Under the pieces are notes generated by a model that was not told where the DNA came from, ran no database searches, and was given only the letters and a program-made list of their open reading frames with translations. The position numbers were made by a program, and so were the translations under genes. From Chiloscyllium plagiosum (Eukaryota), in contig NC_057719.1 of assembly GCF_004010195.1 (NCBI RefSeq), positions 33,725,958-33,782,907 of the forward strand: a stretch of DNA of 56,950 nucleotides, read 5' to 3'. Below, one piece after another: positions 47,946 to 56,950 of this stretch. Positions within the stretch are counted from its first letter, which is position 1. Every line of letters begins with the position of its first letter.

Positions 47946-48613
47946 GACTCATTGTTAGATCTTATTTCTTCGATAGTATTCCTTTGTCAGCTCTCTTAAT
48001 AGTCACCAAGCTCTCACTTCATATTCAATAGTGAGTGCCAGAAGGTCCAGGAAATCTGTACACCCACAAAGTTGAAATAGCTTGTAATAAACTTCGAAAG
48101 TAGCAACCCACAACTCCTGAGGGCATTTTCATGCAAACAGTAAGTATTGAATGCACTCTCTGAGTGTAGATGTCGGTGAATTGACTTGCTGACATGCTGC
48201 TTATTCCATGATCTGAACCACTGTCTCCCCTTAGCCCATTTCCAAACCCTTTCACCCTCTGAAGTTATGATTTTCTCAACAGCACCATAGACACAACCTT
48301 TGGACTATTGCGTTTAACTGGGCATGTGTGGACTCCAGAAGATGGTGTCAGTTTTAGAAGAGCAATGAAGGTGGAGGCTAATAATGTAGCTGTCATTCCT
48401 GTCACAAAGGTCAAACCAGTAATTTGAATGCTAAGAGATATGGAGAAAGAAAGGGAATGTGGGATTAAATTGCACAGCAATCAGAATGACTGACTGGATC
48501 TGCTCAATGACTTTTCCTGTCCCTTTCTTCCTGCACCTAATCACTGTTACAAAACACTGTGACTGTGAATGCCAACTGAGAACTGGATTTGCTTACTCAT
48601 ATATGTGAATCCT

Positions 48614-48710
48614 TTGACAAAGGGTCAGTTAGACTCGAAATGTCAGCTCTTTTCTCTCCTTACAGTTGCTGCCAGACCTGCTGAGATTTTCCAGCATTTT
48701 TTCTTTTGGT
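48614..48710 (+). mobile_element. Short PLE fragment (family of 6110-7511)
   Basis: matches 7414-7511; 12-bp TSD TATGTGAATCCT at 48602-48613 and 48711-48722. Confidence 0.85.
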
Positions 48711-50703
48711 TATGTGAATCCTCACTTGGCCAAAACGTTTGCTGCAATTCATCAACAATGCTTGCACTCGATGAATGATTCTGTGTGTAAACTCAAGGAG
48801 AGCAAACTGTCCTCACTGAATGATTGTGGACAAAATAATGGAAAAAAGAAAAAAATACAGAAAATCAACACAGAAAACTTTAGGGAAAGCTTTCCTGATT
48901 GTACCTTCAAAAACACAAGCACATTTCAGATAGAATGATGATGTTGTTGTTATCACAGAGACATGGTTGAGAGAGGGATAGGATTGAAAGCTTAACGTTC
49001 TAGGAAATCAATGTTTTTGATGAGACAGAGGTGAAAGCAAATGAGGTGGGGAGTTGCATTTCTAGTTAGGGAGTATATCATGCCTGTGTAGAAGGAGGAT
49101 ACCCTGGAGAGGTCTTTTAGCAAGGCATTATGGGTAGAGCTCATGATTAGGAAGAGTGCAATCACAATGCTGGGATTGTACTACAGACACTTAGCTAGAG
49201 ATAGAGGAATAGGTATGTAGTGAGATTCTGGAAAGATGTGAAAATAGCAGGGTTGTTGTGCTGGGTGATTTAAACTTCTCCCATATTGACTCAGACTCCC
49301 TTAGTGCCAGGGGTTTGGATGGGAAGCAATTTGTTAGGTGCATGCAGGAATTTTTTTTTGAAGCAGTATGTGGACAGTCCAATGATAGAGGGGACTACAT
49401 TGGATATAATATTGGGAAATAAGCCCAGCCAGAAGATCAAAGTTTCAGTGGGTGAGCATTTTAATAATAGCGACAATAATTCTGTAAATTTTTGGATAAA
49501 GATGAGAGTGGACCTCAGATGAAAGTGTTAAACTGGGGGTAGGCCAGCTATAACTGAACAAGGCTAGAATTGGAGAAAATGGATTGGGAGCAGCTGTTTA
49601 AGAATAAATCCACATCTGATATATGGGAGTCTTTTAAAGTTGGTTGGAGTGAAGGACAGGCATATTCCTATGAAAATGAAGGACAGGAATGGCAGCATCC
49701 AGGAACCTTTGATAACAGAGGAAATTATTAGCTCAGTCAAATAAAAAGGAAGGATACCTGAAGCTTATGCAACTATAAACAGACAAAGTTCTTGAAGATT
49801 ACAGAGGAAGTATGAAAGAGCTCAACTGGGTAATTAGAAGGGCTAAAAGGGGCTATCAAATGTTCTTGGTCAGCAGAGTTAAGGAGAATCTCAAGGCATG
49901 TTATACATATATTAGGATCAAGAGTGTAGCTAGGGAAAGAGTAGCCCCACTCAATGATAAAGGAGGGAGGTTATATGTGGAGCAAGAGTGAGATTCTTTA
50001 TATTGGTATCCACCAAAGAGAGGGATGTGATGAATGTGGTTAAGAAGGCATTCAGCACGCTTGCCTTCATTGCTCAGACCTGTGAGCATAAGAGTTGGGA
50101 CATCATGTTGAGGTTGTACAGGACATTGGTGAGGCCTCTTCTGCAATACTGTGTGTAGTTCTGGACATCCTGTTTATGGAAGGATATTATTAATCTGGAG
50201 AAATTTCAGGAAAGATTTACCAGGATGTTGTAGGAAATGGAGGGTTTGAGTTGTAAAAAGGCTGGATAGGCTGGGGCTTTTTTTCAATGGAGCGTAAGTA
50301 ATTAAGGGGCGACCTTATAGAGATTTATAAAATCATGAGGGACATAGATAAGGTGAATAACAAAGGTCTTTTCCCTACAGTGAGGAATTCAAAACCAGGA
50401 GGCATATTTCTAAATAGCTGGAGCCTTAACAGATATGTCTGCATCCTCTTTGGCCTCAGGCAAGGTTCCAGAGGACTGGAGAATGGCCAATGTTGTTCTT
50501 TTGTTTAAGAAGGGAAACAGATAATCCAGGTAATTATAAGATGGTAAACCTGACATCAGTGGTGGGGAAGATGTTGGACAAGGTAATGAAAGGCAGGATT
50601 TATTCACATTTGGAAGTAAATGGACTTGTTGGTGATAGACAGCATGGGTTTATCATGGGAAGGTCATATCTCACTAATTTGATTGAGCCTTTTGAGGAGG
50701 TGA

Positions 50704-51446
50704 AAAATGTGGTGCTGGAAAAACACAGCAGGCCAGGCAGCATCCAAGGAGCAGGAGAATCGACGCTTCGGGCATAAGCCCTTCTTTAGGAATGAGGCTG
50801 GTGTGTCAAGATATGAGGGATATATTTCCCTCCCCACCTCTATCAGCGTTCAGGAGAGACCACTCCCTCCGCGACTCCCTCGTCAGGTACACACCCCCCA
50901 CCAACCCAACCTCCACACCCGGCACCTTCCCCTGCAACCGCAAGAGGTGCAAAACTTGTGCCCACACCTCCCCCCTCACCTCCCTCCAAGGCCCCAATGG
51001 ATTTTTCCATATCCATCGCAAATTCACCTGCACCTCCACACACATCATTTACTATATCCGCTGCACCCGATGTGGTCTCCTCTACATTGAGGAGACAGGC
51101 CACCTACTTGCAGAACATTTCAGGGAACACCTCTGGGACACCCGCACCAACCAACCCAACCGCCCCATGGCTGAACACTTTAACTCTCCCTCCCACTCCG
51201 CCAAGGACATGCAGATCCTTGGCTTCCTCCATCGCCAGACCCTGGCCACATAGCGTCACTCCCCCAAATTCCCTCCCCCCTACCTTTTATCTCAGCCCAC
51301 TTGGCACCCCCGCTTCAGTCCTGAAGAAGGGCTTATGCCCGAAATGTCGATTCTCCTGCTCCTCGGATGCTGCCTGGCCTGCTGTGTTTTTCCAGGACCA
51401 CATTTTTCAGGTCTGGTCTCCAGCATCTGCAGTCCTCACTTTCTCC
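50704..51446 (+). mobile_element. Penelope-like element: 5' inverted pseudo-LTR, GIY-YIG region, 3' pseudo-LTR
   Basis: ORF 50792-51253 PCNRKRCKTC..FTCTSTHIIYYIRCTRCGLLYIEETG; 16-bp TSD CCTTTTGAGGAGGTGA at 50688-50703 and 51445-51460. Confidence 0.92.
51317..51352 (+). ncRNA. Minimal hammerhead ribozyme motif with stem I
   Basis: AGTC-CTGAAGA-AGGGCTTATGCCC-GAAA-TG-TC-GATT; AGTC/GATT can pair as stem I. Confidence 0.65.
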
Positions 51447-51942
51447 TTTTGAGGAGGTGACAAGTATGATTGATGAGGGAAAGCGTTGTCTACATGGATT
51501 TTAGTAAGATATTTGATAAGCTACCTCACGGCAGGCTGGTACAAACATAGAGTGTCATGGGATCCAGGGTGAGCTGGCTAGGTGGATACTGAACTGTTTT
51601 AGTCATACAAGACAGAGAGTACTGGTGGAATGTTGCTTTTCAGAATGGAGATCAGTAACTAATTTTGTTCTGCAGGGATTAGTGCTGGGACCTTTGTTGT
51701 TTGTAATATATACATAGATGATGTAGGAAAATGTAGGTGGTCTGATTAGTAAGTTTGGACTGACACAAAAATTGAGGGAGTTAAAGACAGTGAGAAGGAT
51801 TGTCAAAGGATACAGTGGGATATTGATTGAAGATTTGGGCAAATAATTGGTAGATGAAGTATAATCCAGACAAACGTGAGGTGTTGCACTTTGAAAGATC
51901 AAATTCAGCTGTAAATTATATAATAAATAGTAGACTTAATAG

Positions 51943-52158
51943 TCACATAGGTTTGTTCAATATATTTGGATAAGTTGTATGATCCTTTGATCTTTTACCT
52001 ATAAATTCTGTGTCCAATCTATTGTCTCTCACTCGCTGCCTGAAGAAGGAGCGGTGGCTCTGAAAACTTGTGGTTTCAAATAAAACTGTTGGATTATAAC
52101 CCAGTGTTGTGTGATTTTTGACCTTGTCCACCCCAGTCCAATACCAGCATCTCCACTT
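51943..52158 (+). mobile_element. Probable PLE 3' end of another family with hammerhead-like motif
   Basis: CTGAAGA-AGGAGC(GGTG)GCTCT-GAAA at ~52040-52067, then AATAAA; interrupts CR1 RT. Confidence 0.6.
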
Positions 52159-53859
52159 CACAGAACCCTTAGGAGCAATCTAGGTGTACAAGGTCCACAG
52201 ATCCCTGAAAGTGGTAACACATGGTGGATAAGGTGGTCAAGAAGGCATACAGCATGTTTGCCTTCATCGGCCAGGGCACCAAATATACATTTGGCAAGTT
52301 CTGTTACAACGGTATAAACTTTAGTTAAGCTACATTTGGAATATTGTGACAGAACTGATTGCCACACTACCAGAAGGACATGGATGCTTTGGAGAGGGTG
52401 CAGAGAAGAATTATCAGGATGTTGCCTGGTCTAGAGGGTCTTAGTTATGAGGAGAGGTTGGGTAAACTCAGATTGTTTTCACTGGAGGCTGAGGAGTGAC
52501 CTGTAAAAGATCTACAAAACTATGCAAGGCAGAGCCAGGGTGGCTTGTCAGAGGCTTTTCCCAAGGGTAGAAAAGTCAACTACACGAGGCACAGGTTCAA
52601 GGTGAGAGGTGGAAAGTTTAGGAGAGAATTGTAGGGAAAGGTTTTCACACAGAAGGTGGCGGATGCCTTGAATGCACTGCTAGTGCAAGTGGTTGAAGCA
52701 GGCATGTTAGCCACACTAAAGGCATATCTTGATAGACCAGGATAGACCATGAATGGGGGGTGAAGAGAGCGATAGAAATCATGTAAGTGTAATAAGTAGT
52801 GGGTAAAATAAGGATTATGACTCTGCGCAGATGTGATGGGCTGAAAGGCCTGTTCCTTGTATTGTATTATTGTACTATTGTTATTATAAAAGGAGTGGCT
52901 TAATATGGGGCTTGTCGGCGACACCCACATTCCATGAAAAAATAATTAAAAATTGATTCATGATTTTGCTAAATAAAACACAAAATAAATTGTCTTCCTT
53001 TGTAACAGATCTTAGCTGGCCAAGAAATTTAAAGTTAAGTGATGTTTTCTTGGAATAGACTTTCTGCCTTACAAAAGGTAAAAAAGAAATTGAGAGAGCA
53101 CAAAACTTTGAAATTTCATTTTTAAATGGCAAACACCTCCATTCTCTCAAGTTTGTGAGCTTAATACCAATTACAAATGGTTTTGAGTGAAAGTGACACA
53201 CTGTCTTGTCTAATTTTGCATTTTTTAAAAACGTTTTTTTTATCTCAAACATGATGTGCAATTATCGTAAAAAGTGAAATAGTCAGAATATTCATGGCAT
53301 TACAAGGCAAGATTAGCCAAAGAATTGTTTTCAACTGTCACATAAAAAAACCAGTAGTCTATATTAATTGATGGTTGAAATATTTTGTGTGGGTGTGTTC
53401 CCTTCCATTATTTTCTGTTGTACTTGTTGCTGAAAAGCATTTCTTAGTTATTCAAAGTAAGTACAGTTAATTGTAATAATTTAGGAAAAGTTGTCAGGCA
53501 CAGTGTCTCTCTAGTATGTAATGACAAAGATGCACAAAACATGTCTATGACCCCTGGCTGATGCTGACATTTAACTAGTTTTTCAGGATACAATGAATTG
53601 TGCCATCTTGGAGGAATAAATAATTCTTTCGGTGTTTTGAGTTCAGAACCTTTATGAAAATTGAAGTGTGCAAAACCAAATCAGTTCATTAGTATCAGTC
53701 GGTCCTCATCAACATTTCAAACTATGTGCCAAGTATTCACCAGAGAATTGCCACTTTTACATGACCGTACTCATCACTGCATAATTATTAGGAACCTATA
53801 GGTTAACTATCACATTCAGTGTTATCAAAGAACTGTACAGGATAGAGGGAAGCCATTCA

Positions 53860-54585
53860 AAGAAAGACTTGAATTTATTTGACATCTTTCACAATAACAG
53901 GAATCACAACCCATGAAGTGCAAAGTAGAAAATGCATCTGCTAATTTGCATGCACTGACCTCCACAAAATCTCTCAAAGAGAAATATGATAATGACACAT
54001 AGCATGTTTGTCATGCCATTGAAGGGGTGAATGTTGGCCAGGACACTGGAGATAATTTCAATTCTTCTACAAATAGTGACCACCTGAGAGGACAAACAGT
54101 ATCTTGATTTAATATGATTTTAATTTGTGCATGGGATATGGCATCACTCACTTAACTAGTATTTATTAAGAGTTAACTATATTGCTGTGGGTCTGAAGTC
54201 ACATGTATGCCAAACCAAGTAAGATCAGCAAATTTCCTTCTTTCAAGGGCATTAGTGAACCAGATCTGTTTTTATAGCAATTAACAATGGTTACCTGGTC
54301 ATCATTAGGCTGGCTTTCGATTTTAGATGCTTGGATTGGATTTAAATTTTAACATCTTCCATGGTGGGACTTGTATCAGATCTTTAGAACATTGGTCTGA
54401 GAATCTGGATTGCAAGTCCAGTGACATTACCTCCACATCAACACCACCCAACAACTTTTCCAACACTGCAGCACTCCCTCCTTGCTGTAGACTCTGCCTG
54501 GATTCTTATATTCTGATAAAAATGACTTGAATCTTCAATTCTTTCACTCAGATATGAGACTGCCACCTTTGGATCACAGCTGGAA
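53860..54585 (-). mobile_element. DeuSINE-like SINE with nested SINE (~54115-54445)
   Basis: reverse complement contains GAGGGAGTGCTGCAGTGTTGGA, resembling the Deu-domain region of AmnSINE1/SacSINE1-type elements. Confidence 0.55.
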
Positions 54586-55602
54586 CTGCATCCACCACAT
54601 TGAAATTTGTTCTCACTCTTTGGAATCGGCACCGATTATCCAGTTCCCTTTTGAAAGTTAATAATAAACTTTCGTCCATCACTATTGCAGGCACACAATC
54701 CAGTTCATAACAGTTCACCATGTTAAAAGACCTTCACATCTTCCTTCTGGCGTTTTTGTCAATTGAATTAATGTGCACCAAGACAATTCTCAAATGGAAA
54801 AAAAGTTTTAAGAATTCATCAAGTCATTAGAAAATTATATTTAACATTCATTCATGAAATTGGCAACCAAATGTTCAGTCAAAAAGTAATGTTTGAAAAG
54901 GTTTTTAAGGAAGAAATGCAAAAGTTTAGCCTCAAGTCTCTAGAGATGGAGGCAACTTGCCAAAGAAGGAACAGAGAGAAAAAGCATTGAAACATGACTG
55001 AAAGATTTCAATGGAAGGGAATAAAAACTCTGCAAAGAAAGGCAAGCATGGATTTGAAGCCAAGGACATAGATTTTAATTCAAAAGAATACGCCATTGGA
55101 ATTTGAGGAAAACAAGTCATGTGTTGGGTGAGCAGAGTGCGTGTATTTTGGCAAGGATGGAAGCTGGATTGTTAGATTGACTTATGGCTCCATTTGAATG
55201 AGTCAAAGCTTTGGGAGGATGGAGCATGAGACATCAGTAAGAAGGATATGGGAAAAATTGCCAGTTAAATTAGATTGAGGACAGTGAATTCTATGCTAAA
55301 AGAAGAAGGCTTGAAGCTAGATTGCAAGTTTGCCTCAGGCCATTTTTTAATTGGTCACTTTACCAACTACCTTGATGGTAAATTGGATGTAAATCTAATG
55401 GTAGTCATCAGGTAGTCTAGCTAGAAAGACAGGTGAGAAAAAATCAGGCATCTGGGTGGGGATCTAGCAGGAGTTTGCAATGTGTTTTGATGTAATACTA
55501 ATTGCTTACTGTGAATATTTATACTTCAGCCTGTGACAATATGTTGGATAATGTAGCTCTGCCTCAGAATCCAACTGTTGTTTGAATGCTTCAAAGGAGA
55601 AT

Positions 55603-56172
55603 TGTTATGGACCGGGCCAGACCCCCTCAAAATATTTCAAGAAGGTAGCCCAGACCCTAACTGTTCTAATTGTTTTATGCAGGTGTACAGTGGGTATTCC
55701 AAGAGTGATGCAGCTGGCCCAAACATTCAGATTTAAACAAAACAATATTTATTTATACGTGAACAAAAGAGAACAGAATATAAAATAACATGACTTACCT
55801 GAAAACCCAATCGACTCAACTTAATGTTGCTGTTTGAAATATTTGTAAACGTCCTATAAACGTCCCTTAGCAAAAAAAAAGGTAAAATCAAACCCAGGTT
55901 CTTACAGGAGAGATGTCAGAGAGAGAGAAAGGATCAGCATGGAGCTGTTTCTTTGACCAGCAGCCTCAAACACTGACTGCTTGCTAAAACTAAATCAGAC
56001 TCTGAATTGAGAGAACTGGCCACTCCCCCTTCATTGTACAGGTGTTGTAAAAGAAAGACCGAAAAGCATTCTCAAGTAGATAAACCTAGACATATTGGAA
56101 CCTCTGATTTTATGGCCCCTCTGAAAGAAAACCAAGGAAACATAACCTTGTTAAAGGAGCAGCACCATCACA
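55603..56172 (-). mobile_element. Solo LTR (probably Gypsy-type)
   Basis: TGTTATGG...CCATCACA termini; colinear with 44893-45483; AATAAA on the minus strand near 55748. Confidence 0.7.
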
Positions 56173-56494
56173 AAACAAAGTTAACTAAAGTTTAGATTTC
56201 ATTGGATGATTCTTTTTCTACGATTTTACTTTACCCACAATGGACTGAAATCCCTTCCTGCTCTCTCAACTAACAGCTGTCCACCTGCTAATGTAGCTTA
56301 CTTAATAGGTCTTGGTCAGCTTCCCCCACCCCCACCTCATCTGTCCCATTGTCTCCAGTATGGTTCCTGGCCTGGAGTCTGCTACAGTCCAGATAATGGT
56401 TACTAGTCCCAATGGCGCTGCAGGTACTGAACAGCTGCTGGGCTTCTCATTGGCTTCCAGTTCTTGTGGAGAAGGAGTTGCTCTTCACTTTCCA

Positions 56495-56950
56495 GATTCT
56501 GGATCAGTGGTGCTGGAAGAGCACAGCAATTCAGGCAGCATCCGAGGATAGGCAAAATCGACGTTTCGGGCAAAAGCACTTCATCAGGAATAAAGGCAGA
56601 GAGCCTGAAGTGTGGAGAGATAAGCTAGAGGAGGGTGGGGAGAGAGTGGCATAGAGTACAATAGGTCAGTGGGGAAGGAGATGAAGGTGATAGGTCAGGG
56701 AGGAGAGGGTGGAGTGGATAGGTGGAAAAGGAGCTGGGCAGGTCGGACAAGTCCGGACAGGTCAGGGGATCGAGTTTCTGGAGGTTAGAAGCTAGGATGA
56801 GGGGGGGGAAGGGGAAATGAGGAAACTGTTAAAATCCACATTGATGCCCTGGGGTTGAAGTGTTCCGAGGCAGAAGATGAGGCGTTCTTCCTCCAGGCGT
56901 CTGGTGGTGAAGGAGCGGCGGTGGAGGAGGCCCAGCACCTCCATACCCTC
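56495..56950 (-). mobile_element. PLE 3' end (GIY-YIG C-terminus and pseudo-LTR), runs off the window
   Basis: minus translation MEVLGLLHRRSFTTRRLEEERLIFCLGTLQPQGINVDFNSF; hammerhead core at 56560-56587. Confidence 0.9.

Larger units (their letters stand above)
48935..52870 (+). mobile_element. Long decayed CR1 ORF2 with nested CR1 3' piece (~50035-50410) and two PLEs
   Basis: VVITETW, GDFNF, TLDIILGN, VKENLKA, PGNYK.VNLTSVVGK, YMDFSKIFDK motifs in order. Confidence 0.85.

Noticed and set aside
44893..56172. Two same-orientation LTRs as the ends of one provirus
   Set aside because: They are visibly diverged from each other, share no TSD, and the interior has no PBS/gag/pol, only CR1, SINE and PLE pieces

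Overview
Repeat-dense vertebrate genomic DNA, almost certainly from a shark or other elasmobranch (inferred from HE1-type tRNA-SINEs sharing a 3' tail with HER1/CR1-type LINEs). I recognise no intact host protein-coding gene. Most ORFs in the track are transposon relics, antisense frames of repeats, or minisatellite frames. The window holds many decayed and nested CR1 LINEs, a Rex1/Babar LINE, an ancient Ty3/Gypsy pol relic, solo LTRs, a TA-flanked MITE, several SINE families and a 130-N gap. It also holds more than a dozen Penelope-like element (PLE) pieces, mostly fold-back insertions with 8-16 bp target duplications and minimal hammerhead-ribozyme motifs. Most notable: (1) a ~3.4 kb 43-bp minisatellite ending in a Rex1-like 3' tail, a candidate VNTR-carrying (SVA-like) non-autonomous retroelement; (2) hammerhead-bearing fold-back mini-PLEs whose ends fall at the ribozyme core or predicted cleavage site; (3) five insertions flanked by long direct duplications (18, 31, 52, 102 and 396 bp), two of them copied from DNA 1.5-2 kb away and one carrying a young LTR-like sequence. 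Coordinates were read by eye, and boundaries of decayed elements are approximate.
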